Assembly (NCBI GenBank): GCA_000165425.1
Contig: CT868032.1
Coordinates: 124,001 to 188,000, forward strand
From: Paramecium tetraurelia
Taxonomy: Eukaryota
Length of the DNA: 64,000 bases
Reading direction: 5' to 3'
In this document: one piece after another, positions 13,601 to 26,581 of the stretch
Numbering within the stretch: the first letter of the stretch is position 1
How the letters are laid out: every line of letters starts with the position of its first letter
Translations under genes and position numbers: made by a program
The notes under the pieces: generated by a model
Told to the model about the DNA's origin: nothing
Seen by the model: the letters and a program-made list of their open reading frames with translations, nothing else
Databases searched by the model: none

Positions 13601-16600
13601 TTCCTCTGAAATTTGAACAGTTAGATCTTCAATTTTTCTATTAATATTCGCACTATCTAAATTCATTTCTGTGTAGATCTTAATTTCTTATTCTATCAAA
13701 GCATTGTTTTATTTATACTAATTTTATTGATCCAGCAATTATTATTCCAATATCTTTGCTTATTCAATATCATCCTTTAATTAGTTAATGTTTTAATCTA
13801 ATTGTTAACTCTCAATACTCAATGATGATATTTATTATTCCTTCGTTTACTTTACTTATTTTTTTGATTCAACCTCTTGGAATAACCTAGCTAATTCAGG
13901 CGTATATCTTGTGATTTCTGCCTACAAGTCATTCACTTACTATTCGAGTAGACCTACCTTCTCTCCCAAGGGCATTTATTCTCTTAATAAATGATCTCTC
14001 TTCTATTTCTATTTTCTTGTTAGAATTGATAATTAATAATTTTCTTGTGATATTCTCTACAATTCCTCTTTTTTTTCCTTAACAACAATTTGTAGATCTA
14101 AAATCAAGGATTCCAAATTTTTTATTTGCTCTTTAACCTTCTGCTGTCCCTTTTGAAGTTCATTTAACCTTTTAGACGATTCTATATTTTAACTCAACCA
14201 TTCTGGAACATTTTATTATGACTTACTAACATCCTCAACTAAAGTAACTTGTTAGGCTTATAAATCATTGACCATTGATTCTATGTCTTTATTTTGTAAT
14301 TTCATTTTTTCTACTTATTCTTATTTAATTTATTGTTCAGTCTACAAATCTTGTAACACAGTAGCAGAAGATTAGATAAATAATTTTAATTATTCAATCT
14401 ATGATTACTTTTCCTTCTTTTATTTCAATAAGAACTCCAGTTCAATATCATCTTGACTTAATTATCTGACTGATTCTGTTATTTAAGCAATTTAAATAGT
14501 TAAATCAGATAAATTAGAGTTTTAATCCTAGATTATCTGATTCTCATGGAACACTTATAAAGGCCAGGGCATAGATCTTTGATTTTAAGACAATCTTTAT
14601 TCTAATTCATTATATTATAGTTATTTTTGGGTCAATCTTGATTCCATTTATAAAATCTTCTCATCCAATTCTAAATTCTTTTTAACCATCTCATCTGATT
14701 TTTATTATCTTTATTGAACTTCTTCTTCCATCATATTCTATATTACCTTGTATATTTCTTCTTATTTATTCTTCTTCTCTTACAACTTGAATTCTAATTC
14801 ATGAATAACATCTTCTAAGGCTAGATTCTATTTTACTAAATTATCAGCTTATTCCTGCAACACATTGATTTGTCTATTAATAACAGACACATCCTAGGTT
14901 GCCAAAATCTATTGATTGAAATGACTTCTTTTCAGATCACTTAATTATTGTTTAAGTTATTCAATAATCTTATCCTTTTCTTACAACTCATATTTTTAAC
15001 ATTCCACTCTACTCTTTAACTAATCCATATTACTACTGAATCCAGCCAAAATTTATTGTTATTAAACAAATTGATAATCTTAATCTTAATCATACGAATT
15101 AATTCCACTATCTCTTACAATACTTTCTCTATCTTTGTAAAATGAATTATTATTTTGATTAGACTCTATTTCAAAATTCTTTGATGAATTCAAATATTCT
15201 AATTCCTTTAATTTTGATTCTTTCTCCACCAACCTTACCTCTAATTAATGAATCAACTCATCCATTGCTAAATTCTTTTTCACCAATTCATCTGCCTTCT
15301 CACATTAATCTTCATTTGTCTTCATTAATGCTTAATATCTTAATTCAACATCTCTTTATTATAACTCTTATTCCTTATCGTATAATTATTTTTACAACTT
15401 AGATATTTCTTCATGTAATTAAACAATATTCATGTTCTTCTCATGCAATTATTCTTACATATCCATCAACTCCGTATTTTGAATAAATGATTTCCTCTTA
15501 GGTTTCTAATCCTCAATCACAATCGATTCCAATTGATCTCTTCTTTTTATCTTATAACTTAATTGTTACTTCAACTCTTGTATCCTATTCTCAACATCTA
15601 AATTCTATTAATTCAAATCTTACAAATAAGTATGTTGTGACATACTCATTATTTCATCTTTCTACTGAATTTCAAATTTCAAGAACTCAATTTGTGATTC
15701 CTATTATTTTATTGTCTCCTACAATTAATCAATCTAAAATTAATAGTCATGAGGAATTGATTCATTTTATGGACCAAATATATTTATTGTTGGTAATTCC
15801 TGAATATAAGAAGTTACTGTTGGTTGAATTGCTATTTGTCTTTATTACACACTCTAGATTTGCTATTCAACTGAAACCTTGACTTCTATTTCCTCTTGCA
15901 ATTAGTTTTATAATCTAAAAACTTCCTATTCCTCTTTCTTCAATTTAACTTTTAACTCTTAAACTTCAATTTATTTTAATTTCAATTGTTATTGAATTAT
16001 ATCACATTCATGTTATTCTACTTCTAATTATGAAATTAATTCTTTTCTTGAGGATATATTTTTGGGTTTAAGCGAGGTTGAAGAGTGTTGCTCGTTTTCA
16101 AACATGCTTATTTAGTCTTAAATTAGATTGTGAGCTTATTATTTTTCAAGCAATTTAACTTACAGTTCATGCATCATATCATCCACTGCTTAATTTTATT
16201 TTACTAAGTCATCAATTGCTATTAATTTTTCGGTTTCACCCTTTGTAGGAGTACCAATTCCTAACATAATATTTTAAGATCTTAAATATTCTAATTAATT
16301 TTTTGTTTTGGCTAAGTGATCTTCAATTTCTTATTTTTCTGCTAATTACTTCTCCAATTAAGCATTCAAGCTCTAAGTGTCTTATTACAATTTCTTTAAT
16401 TGAACTCTTACTTCTTAATTGTATGCTTTCTCCACTGCTAATTGCTCATTCAACACAGACGCTTATGATTTCATTTATTTTAATATTTTATCATCTTCCC
16501 CATAGGATTCCATGATCTATTCTAATTCTTATTACTATTGCTTCTTATCATATAGCTTTTTCTCTAACTCAATTAAAATATCGTTCAACTCCTCATGCTA

Positions 16601-16983
16601 TTTTATAACTTCATCAACCTATGAAGTGTTTGGCTTGTAGGATATTCTTTGACTATCTGTCCCTGATTTAAGTTGCTGTAATTCTTATTCCTTTTCTTAT
16701 AATTATTTTTTTAGCTTCTCAAATTCTTCCTAAATCTATAATCCAAGAGCGTTTAGGGATTTGGGATATGCTAATAATTGATCGATTGGATTATCAAATA
16801 TTGGTTAACTCATTATATCCTTTTGATTGATTCTATTCTTTAATGATTTAATCTCACTCGCTTAATCATTAATTATTCTCTCCTATTTTTAGATATGTTA
16901 ATCAAGGTCTACTCTTAAATAATCTCTATACCTTAAATCTAAGTGTTCACTACTTTAAGAAGTGAAGAGGTGATTTGTGACAT
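10668..16983 (-). CDS. Giant Q/E/K-rich coiled-coil protein (about 2,050 aa) with apparent frameshifts; possibly a recent pseudogene
   Basis: ATG16983, a 23-nt intron near the start, two 22-nt introns near the end, TGA at 10668-10670. Heptad-like Q/E/K/L/I composition throughout. Frame changes near 12510 and 11530 have no convincing canonical intron. Confidence 0.75.
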
Positions 16984-17593
16984 ATTGTAAATTATTAAAT
17001 ATAAATATGGATAATTTATAGTTGTATATTTTATTTATATAAATCTCAAATATAAATGAAATCAATTATTTCATTCGATTATCGCTTAAATAAATACTAT
17101 AAAATGTGCTATTAATTAACTAATGATATCTATAGAGATGGTAGTGGATTTAAGAATTATTATTGTATTACACCCTTGATTTTTTTATGTATAATTTATG
17201 TATAATAATAGTATAAAATTTAATAATTTAACCGAAATTGTGATTAACTTTTATGGAAAAAAGACTAAATTATAATCAATTCATGTACATGATTTAATAG
17301 TTCTAATGATAATCATTCTAATGGATTTGATTTTATTTAAAAAATAATCTTATTGTAACATCTATTTATTAATAAGAAGTTTCATATTTTGAATTTTAAT
17401 ATAAATTAAAATGCATCGAATCTATTTTATTCAATTTGAATTATGAGCATCAAATTTCAGTTAATATGAAATAATCAATGTTAATTGGTTATGATATAAA
17501 TAATTTAAAAATAAAGGTGAATGATTTTCAATATAAACAAATATTTGATTTAAATTACAACATAAATCACAATTCCAAAAATAAGCAAAATTT

Positions 17594-18169
17594 TCAATAG
17601 GATTCATCGGTTGTTGATTATTCAGATAATTCACAATAAATTGATGGTTATTTGGCAGGTTTATTTGTATTATCATGAATTAATCTAACTGATTAATAAT
17701 GATTAATTATCTTTTTGCCTGAGTGAAAAGCGATGTGTATTTATTTTTAAGTGGGAACTTGCTTCTTATTAAAATAGAGATGAATTTTTTCTTTGAAGGA
17801 TGACCAACAGGTCTTTATAGGGATATGTTTTATGATGTAATAATTATCCAAGGTATGGACAACAATGTCTATTTGTAAAGTATTACTTAAGGCTTACAGT
17901 TCCAAATGCCCACCCCATATTCCATCTTCAGACATTCGTTTAGTATATTCATTGAATGTGGAACCTTCTGGAAGAAAATCAGAAAAAAATTTTCGATTTT
18001 TCTAGAGTGATCGGATTGCCATAGAACGATACTTGTTATAATTTTCTTCATTTCCAGTTAGTTAATCAGCAATAGCCCTAAAGAGACAATTTCCATCAGC
18101 GTCTACATCTCTAAGGGTCAATCCTAACTGTTACAACCTTTTATTGAATTAATTGAAATATTTCTTCAT
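17594..18169 (-). CDS. OTU-domain deubiquitinase (OTUD3-like), 191 aa
   Basis: DADGNCLFRAIADQL (catalytic Cys loop), WGGHLELQALS, IHIAFH...NHYQSVR (catalytic His); intronless. Confidence 0.9.
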
Positions 18170-18266
18170 TTAATTAATTTAAACAGAGTTTTTAATAAGA
18201 ATTTGAGTTTTTGATGAATAATTTTTGGTGTAAACTACATTAATAATAAAATGAATTATATTAAAA

Positions 18267-19568
18267 TCATCCAAGCAAAGTATTATAGTATTAGATGTCA
18301 CTTAGTTTTTTAACCATTTCTTTTTTCATCTAATCAACAAATTCATAAAACAAGTTATCATTTATTTCCTCCATCATAGGTTCTGCAATTTTAACATTAT
18401 TATTATTTCTGAGTATATTTATTTTGAATTTCTTATTTGCTTTGACCTATTTAAGTTCCTTATTGTTTTAGTACTTAATAGTAGGATTTATTATTTCAAC
18501 ATCAGGATCATTTATTTTAAATTACTCAACTATAGATTGATTAGTTTCGTTATTCTAATTTGATTGATCTTCCTTTGATTCATTTTGAATTTAATTCTAT
18601 TCATTCTCCACTACTGCTAATTGTGCATTCTCTTATTGTGCATTCTCTTATTGTACATTCCCTTATTGTTCAATTACATCAGGTTAATTATTAATTTAAT
18701 TTGCAATTTATATATCTTTTGGATTAGAGTCTGGAATTTAAGGTTATTCCTATTACTGATTAATGACTTCACTAACTTAGCTAATTTTTTACTCAACTTA
18801 TTGATTTGAATTATTTTAATTATTTGAGTCATCCTAAACAAATGTATTATTAATTTAATTTTCATCATTTTAGGACTTATTATTATTACTATCGATGTTA
18901 TCTGGATTCTTTTGCGAGAGCTCTATATTTAATTCTTCACTGTTATTTGGATTTTCTACTTGATCAGAAATTGGATCTTTATTTGCATTAGTTTCCTAAG
19001 GGGAATCCTATTGAATGGTAGTTAGATTCTGGTTTTATTAGAGTGGTTGTTGTGATTCTGGATTTTAGGATTAATCAATCTAAGCCAAAATTTATTACCC
19101 AATATTTTCGATGATTTATTATCTAGGTTCGTTTTCTTCTGTTAGACCAGCAAATGTAAATTCTTCTTCATCATCTCCAATTTCAATAGCATCCTGATGG
19201 ATTTCATTGTTAGTTGAGATATAAGTGCATTATGATTTTTTGTGTTATTTAAATTAAGCCAAGGTTCCCTCCCAAGATTAACATCTTAGACATTTGACTT
19301 CAATATCACCAACAATTTTGGTTGCTAGAATGTCTTTGTCGAATTGATAGTTGCGTTCAAGTTTATGTCGACATAAAGGACAACTTTTTTTCATCTGAAT
19401 CCAACGAACCAAGCAAGTCCCACAAAAAGTATGCCTAGATATGAAAGTAGAATGATACCCACAAGTGGCTCTTATTGGATTATAAAACACTTCTCTGCAA
19501 ATACTGCATAATAGGTGTTAATTTACTTATTATGTTTTAATTACTTCAAATTATCTCTCTCTAATCAT
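18267..19568 (-). CDS. RING-HC (C3HC4) finger protein with long Q/N/E-rich low-complexity tail
   Basis: CSIC...CGHTFCGTC...W...CPLC after removing a 24-nt intron (19435-19458); further Cys/His motif downstream; TGA at 18267-18269. Confidence 0.88.
18621..18670 (-). repeat. Coding minisatellite, about 3 x 15 bp (QQGNV-QQENA-QQENA)
   Basis: Plus strand ttgtgcattctctta-ttgtgcattctctta-ttgtacattccctta. Confidence 0.8.
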
Positions 19569-19608
19569 TTAATAAATATATTATAATTATTCTATTATTT
19601 AATAAATT

Positions 19609-21625
19609 TCATTGTACGCTAAGTCCGACACTGGTTTTAAATACTTCATTTTCCAGAGCATCAACCACAGAAGGATGATAGAAACTTCTATATTCTGCAA
19701 ACCATTCCCTAGCTACGTCTGGCTTGTCCTTGAACAAAGTACCATACATATTGACTAACCAAGATCTTGCTCCATGATTTCCCATGAAGTGCTTAATTAC
19801 TTCCATTCTGTCGTAGAACTTACCTCTTAGACAACCAATCAACCATCTGTATAGAAGTCTGGAATCCTTTAGATCTGACAATTGATATGTCTGATCCATC
19901 AATTTGTAATTTTTATCAGTCATTTCCACATACTACTATAATTAATTCAATGTACTTTTGTTGCAATTTCATTCAAGAACTATTGTTTTTGATAATAGAT
20001 ATAGTTCTTATAATCCTCAGCATTATCTGGTACCTTGTTACCCTTACTATCTAACCATGCTTTGGCTAAAGCCATTGCTTGGTCGTAGGCATCAGTGTGG
20101 AAATCCAATGTTCTTGGAGGTTTTCCTGGTACATACACCCACTCTTTGTAGACTGTTTTTATTTCTTTGATGGATGCATGATCCTTGCCCAAATTTGTGG
20201 ATATCCAGGACAATAAATATCTGTAGAAGACATCTTCATCAATTGATTGCCACTTGAATTGGATGATGTACTATTGTAACATTTTTTGGAAGTTTTGTTT
20301 TCCAAGTTGTTATTCTATATACAACAACAATTAATATCCCTTATTATATGGAACTTCCTACAATAGATAATATATCACTTACAGATTAACTGTCATCTGG
20401 ATTCTCTCCTGAAGTGTTTGGATGTAATGATGAATAGGAATGATCCATTCCATATCTGGCCATCTATTAAAACATTGTATCATTGGATAAGAATGAATAC
20501 ATCTTTGAGTAGTCTTCTCCGTTGTATTATTCAAGGATCTTTCTTTCTAAGAATGTACAGAATCCCTCGTTAATCCACATGTTAGCCCAATCTGAACAAG
20601 TGACTGTGTTTCCAACCCAAGAATGACCAATTTCATGAATGGCAACGCCAACTCCTGATTTGTCTCCTACAATAATTGTTGGACTGGCAAAAGTGAGAAG
20701 TGGATGTTCCATACCTCCTAGTGGGAATGATGGTGGCAATATGACTATCTTATAATCTCCCCATTCATATGGGCCAATGTAATTTGCTAGAGCATCAACA
20801 TAGTCTTATAAGAATTCCAATTCCTTGGCTACTTTATCTATGCTGGTTGGCTCAGTTATAACATATGAACGACTAGTTTGTTGATTACCCACTTTTCTTT
20901 ATTCCAAGTTACCAGCCACAATTGCCAAAAGGTAACTTGGGATTTTGATATCTAATGAGATATGATATTCTGTTAAGGATTCAGAGTATGAATTCATTCT
21001 TTTGAATGGTCTTCCGTCCAAGAGATTTCCTGTCATGTAAACCTTGATTCTAGGATCTTTCACCAATATCAATGCACTGAAGTACTGTTTGATACTGGGA
21101 GTGTCTTATAATGGAATCATGGATCTGCAATTGTTGTCTTGGCAATATGAATACAAATATGGTAGGACTAAATAATAAGGAATACTTACCTTTGGATTCA
21201 GTTTGTTCTTTAGTCATGAAACTTAGAGCTCTGGCTTTATCGGTTACTCCATATTTGATTCTCAATTTAACTTGATCACCATTATTGTAAGATTTTGGAA
21301 GGTAGATCTTCAATCGATCCCCTTGTTTCAGGGATTGTTCTCCCATGTTTTCCACTTCATGTTTAAGGACTGTTCCAGTGGCTTGATCATAAGCAATCAT
21401 AATATCTAATTAATAGATATCAAGATGGATTTCCTTGATGTTGTTTTTGATGACATTGAAATGATATTCTGCTGTGCCATTGATTATCTTCTAATTTAAA
21501 TCCAATAACCATTCAATATGGAGTTTGTGGATCTAAATCTCATGATAATTACTGAAAGTGTTCACATCTCGATTCAAAGCCTTTATGACATCAATTATGA
21601 TGACAAATAATATTATATTAAACAT
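19609..21625 (-). CDS. M1 zinc aminopeptidase, leukotriene-A4-hydrolase-like, with signal peptide
   Basis: DVNTFSN at the N-terminus, YLYSYCQDNNCRSMIPLQDTP, PSYLLAIVAG, GGMEHP exopeptidase motif, HEIGH-x18-E zinc motif, C-terminal YHP; two short introns (about 21168-21190 and about 20355-20381). Confidence 0.93.
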
Positions 21626-22096
21626 TAAATTAATTATTAAAATATATTTTATTCACTTTATTTTTCAATACTTATTTTTCATTCATGATTCAGTTACATA
21701 AGTCATAATTGACCTGATTGTAATAATAAAATTTATAATTACACAATTGAATATTCAAACATCCTGTTAAATTTAGAGCCATTCACAAGAGAAATGATTT
21801 GTCATGTGAATTCTATTTTCCACAGCATTCACCATACTTTCTGTATCAGAGTTATCAGATGAGAGAAAGAAAAGGAAGAGACACAATTTTCAGATGTCAG
21901 CCAATTGTAAATCTCGTATTTTTAAAATCAATTGAATTTGTTTGTGGAATTTGGAAATGCAGAAGAATTTACCAAGAAATTGGTTGAATTATTGAGATTT
22001 TAATAGGTATCTGCTCTTCAGGAGGACAATTCTTATATATAAGCATTTGCTGCAAAATAAATAAATTCATTAATTTGTTGTTTGTTAATTTAACGA

Positions 22097-23211
22097 ATGT
22101 CTAAGTGGTTAGATTTGAGCCTAACTTGTACCCAATTAAACTTCAACCAGAGTGTTGCCAACACGTACAGCAATCGTATGATTCTACAATATTAACTAAT
22201 AGGTAGTCCCATGAATCTGATTGTTGATCTTTACAAGAATTCTCGCTTTGGACAATTGTATTTAGGAAACATCAATGCAGCCAATGATATTAAATATTTA
22301 AGAGAACATTCTATCAATGCCATTGTGGCTGTAATTGATACAAGTGAAATCAAAGTTGATCCATCAATGACTAGATTGGTATCAAAATGTTATCATTTTT
22401 AGTGGATCATGGCTGAAGATGCAGAGAATTTCGATCTCTATCGTTACTTTGATGAATGTGCTAACTTTATCAGAGATCACATTAAGAATACCAATGTGTT
22501 TGTACATTGTTATGCAGGCATTTCTAGATCAGCTTCAATTGTTATAGCGTATATGATCAAGCATCTAGGCTACTCTCTCAAAGAGGCACTCAAGAAAGTC
22601 AAAGGGGCAAGATCAATTGTTGAACCCAATTCGGGTATTAATCACTATATTATAATATAGGTTTTATGAAACAATTATAAGACTATGAATACAAACACAA
22701 TCTCAATTCCCATCAAGGAACAAGAAATGGATCCTCGTTTCATTCTAACCCTAGAGGATCAGTTACATCTGCTAGCAAAGGATCCTTGCACAGTGCAAAA
22801 CCATCTTTTTTGGATAGAATGTCCTCTGGTTAGAAGGATCTAAGAAGAGAAGCTGAAAGTCCTTCAGTAAGCCAATTTTATGTGAATGGGAGTGCGAAAT
22901 AGATTAATAATAATAATAATAATAATAACAATAATAATAATTTGAAAAGTTTTTTTAAACAAGGAAGTGTAGGAAGTCTATTGAAATAGACTAACAATGA
23001 AGACTTCTTCAGGAGGTATTAGAAATAAAAGAATGTTGAAAATATTTGGAATCAAGGAATGAGTAGTCATCATAAATCAGCTATTGAAATTAAATCAGAT
23101 AAAATTGAATAAGTGAAATTGACTCTTTAAACCTTTGGTGTCAAGAATGTGTTTAGTGGGTCAAATAGTAATGGGCTACATTTTCATCATAAAGGATTAT
23201 CTTAGGGATGA
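22097..23211 (+). CDS. Dual-specificity protein phosphatase with low-complexity C-tail
   Basis: LYLGN, VHCYAGISRS active-site loop, AYMIK, EPNSGFMKQL; three short introns; TGA at 23209-23211. Confidence 0.93.
22906..22941 (+). repeat. (AAT)n coding microsatellite giving 12 Asn
   Basis: 12 consecutive AAT/AAC codons in the phosphatase tail. Confidence 0.9.
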
Positions 23212-23540
23212 TTTCAAATATATGATTTTTAATTACTATATAAGATTATCTATTTTTAATTAATATAATAATATTAAATAAATCTTAAAAGCATTTAATC
23301 GATAAAATTAATAACTTCTTTTGTTGTTTTATAAATTAGTATTGATGATTTGTGACACACATACTAAATGATGCGAGATAGACATTTCGTGTTTCTTTCA
23401 CAATTTTCTGATATTTTATAGACATTCATACATAAGTTTGATGACAATCATTTAGAATTATTCTTAATACATATTGATTAGGGAACAAAGGAACAAGTTA
23501 TATTATTATAAATATATTATGGTATATATAAATAAATAGA

Positions 23541-23963
23541 TCAATTATATTTAGTTAAGGATTGAGTGCATCCGAGTCGAGATGTATATCCTAACTCAGT
23601 GAATTTGTCATTGAGCAAGTCCAAGTTGCTGAAGATACTTTCAAATTGAATCCATAATTCTTAATTTTTAGTGATTTGCTCATTTAGTTTATATTGAAAT
23701 TTGTCATAAAAGGAAAAGAAGGTGTCAAGAAACTTTGAATTTCTTTGTGATTTCAGGAATTTATTGATTTTGTTTGCATCCTCTTTCAAATCATCAGGGA
23801 TTTTAGTTGTAGATTTCAATTATGAAATTACTCGATTGATTTTGTTCCATATTTGAATGGCTTCTTCGATCTCCTTTGATTTGTTGTTTGCATCCATTCT
23901 GATTTTGATTAGTCTGATTAGAGGTTTAGGTTTTTTTGGTTGCTGAGAAGTACATACGCCCAT
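23541..23963 (-). CDS. Small hypothetical protein (140 aa) with N-terminal myristoylation/palmitoylation motif
   Basis: Starts MGVCTSQQPKK (MGxCxS); uninterrupted frame to TGA at 23541-23543. Confidence 0.8.
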
Positions 23964-24025
23964 TGATGATATAATAATTTTAATTAAATGAAAACAAATG
24001 ATTTTATCTTAATAACATTTATATT

Positions 24026-25130
24026 ATGAAGTCTCCTTTATAGAATTCAAATTAATTATACGTACATATCAGACAAATATATTTATATATATAAAATATA
24101 TAAATTTAGTAACAAAATCAAAGCCAGAATGGATAATCGCAGAAAACCACAATCCTATCATCGTTAGAGAACTGGAATCCTGATAACGAACAAACAATAG
24201 ACAAGAAAGAGGTCACCAAAAAAGACATACTCAAAAGCTATTCACCCGTTGAATTTGCACACTAAGGCCATGTCTTAAAAAAACTTAGATTTTGTGTCAT
24301 CAGAAAGGTATTCCTCAGACATATGGGTAGTTCAGAGTATTCACAAGAGGCTTTGATTGAAGACAATAAAAGCTGTTGCTGCTTCGATTGCAGCAAGCCC
24401 AATAAGAAAATGAAATGTCTATAAAAGAAATTCGTTTTGTTTCGAACGCAGATGTCAATAGTTAAGTAGCAGAGGTTGCACATAAGATTTTAAAATGCAG
24501 TTTATTGCATTCTCTACTTGATTAATAAGCGAAGGAAACAAAGATTGTTAGAAAAACAGAAGAAGATGTTTAGATACAAAACCAAAGTATTCTTCGATGG
24601 CTCTCCTCTCTTGCCGCCACAATAACTATAACATTAAGTTAATGTGCATGATGAGAAACATCCAGTCAATATACATTCTCAATCTATTTAGGCTAAAATT
24701 ATTGATTAAAGACATAAATAAAGATAATCAGTAAGAGTATATTTGTAATAAAAATTACATGATAAGGGTAATCATAGCCATTAACTCCTTAGATTCGTAA
24801 ATTACATTACCCAAGATCCACAAGTATAGTCAGAGTTCCTATTGCAATATTCAGCCACTGAGATTCCAAAAGACAGAAGACCAGAAGTCTCCTAGGTGTT
24901 CCACACAATTAAAGATATCCCATCACACAGAACACAGTCCTTGTGCAGTCTAAAATTCTCCTTACTTGAATCACTTGACCTCTAGAAACCCTATTGAGAC
25001 CTTCATTTAATCATCCTTCAGTAAAACACCCAGACCAGTAACCAAGAGCATTTAATCTGAATTACTTACTTAAAAACACTAATTTCATTAAAGAAAGAAT
25101 ACAGCAACCACATTAAAAGGATTAGTTTGA
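24026..25130 (+). CDS. Hypothetical basic protein with small Cys cluster (CCCFDC)
   Basis: Open code-6 frame from ATG24026; 25-nt intron at about 24768-24792; possible 48-nt in-frame intron at 24062-24109; TGA at 25128-25130. Confidence 0.7.
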
Positions 25131-25163
25131 ATATAAGAAAATATTGTAATTTTATTTTGTTTA

Positions 25164-26015
25164 ATGATTATTTTTACTCTATTCACTATTATATAATCAT
25201 AAATAGCACATTTATCATTAAATGGAGATGGCATTAAATAGTAACTGCTTCTAATGATAGATGAAAATTAATTGGATTGCTAAACTATATAATTGCTAAT
25301 CTCTGAGGATTTGGATAGCAGATTCTCAATTTGGTAACAGAAGAATAAATCATACTGGAATCCCATTTGTAATGTGCAAAACAATCTATATAAAATGATT
25401 TATCGGAATTAGAATAACTAAAAAAGAGATTCAATAATCATGACAGTCATGTCCTCATTAAACATATAATCCTATGGGCATAATCAAGAGCTAACATTTT
25501 GATCAAAGTTAAATTTGCCCATAGGATTGATGCTCCTGCTTACATTAGCGTTAAGAATCATCAAATTAAATATCTCAATGAAAAATTATCAATATATGCT
25601 GAGTCTGATTAGAATAACATCTTAACTTAATTCTATTTAGAAATTCCTCTCCTTAATCAAACTCAGTAGGCTGTAGAATGGTAAGTTGAAAGAGTAGGTA
25701 CTATGGTGTTGAGTATAACTAAACTTGAATCCAAAATTGTGGTTGCATTTGAGTAAAAAAAAAATGACAAATTCTAAATTCTAAATTTGGTTGGACCTAA
25801 ACAAGCAGCTATTATTCTCATTTTCATATTAGATCGGTTAAGACATGGAGGACTTTTCTAATTTACTTGACAATTAAGAAGAGTTCTTTAAAAATAAGAA
25901 AAAGTAACAAAAAAAAATAGAATCTCAATAGCAGCAATAATAGCCATCCTTTAATAAGAAAAATTTATTTTTTTCATTCTTTTTAAGAATAAAATAGTGG
26001 CTTAGTAGATGGTTT
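25164..26015 (+). pseudogene. Frameshifted signal-peptide + CS/p23-like domain gene
   Basis: Hydrophobic start MIIFTLFTIIQS and CS-type motif WAQSRANILIKVKFAHRIDAP...VGTMVLSITK, but the leader, the CS core and the LWLHL...QIWLDL tail need two frame changes; 3' end approximate. Confidence 0.55.
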
Positions 26016-26581
26016 GAAACTATAAATGTATATTTATGTAATCGCTTTACTAAATAATGTATTACCCTTTTTCATACAAGTATTACAAGTATTTCTTGTT
26101 TCATTTAGAAATTATTTATGGACCTTCTCATAAGAATTTTCAAATAGTAAATTTTACAAACGAATTAAATTTTGAATATTTCAGAATTAAAAAGGAAAAA
26201 ACTGTTTTAAATAAGCTTAATTTATTTTGGTTTATTTCTTGGTTTATAATTAATTTTAGCAAATTATTAAGCTCTTGTCATCTAATCTATTATTTCTACA
26301 ATTTTTCATATTACATCGATCCAAGGTTAATACTCTATTAAAATTCTTGTTAAATTGCCTATTCATTGGGTATAATTCAAATTAGATATCATTTCCCTTC
26401 ATTTCTGCCTTCAGACCTCGATGCAATTCAAAAGGATAATTTAAGTATTCATCTGTCATATCAGTTTTATTATAAAATGTCAGGATATTTCAATATTAAT
26501 TAATAATCAAATATAACAATTCTATTAAAGAACAGGAATTTATATAAAATAATGTATATTCAACATATATCTTTTTAATAA

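Noticed and set aside
11236..16515. Hydrophobic plus-strand ORFs (F/L/I-rich) as membrane proteins
   Set aside because: Antisense shadows of the E/K/Q-rich coiled-coil gene
17700..17780. Apparent loss of the OTU catalytic His
   Set aside because: Careful counting shows IHIAFH...NHYQSVR is in frame; the enzyme looks intact
21685..22060. Small ORFs between the aminopeptidase and the phosphatase (e.g. track ORF 21799-21987)
   Set aside because: No ATG-to-TGA model with a recognisable motif on either strand; may be a relic or a promoter region
24062..24111. TA-rich 47-48-nt stretch as a retained IES
   Set aside because: The ends match the TAYAG consensus poorly and TA-to-TA excision (47 nt) would break the frame. 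It is better explained as an in-frame 48-nt intron or as coding sequence
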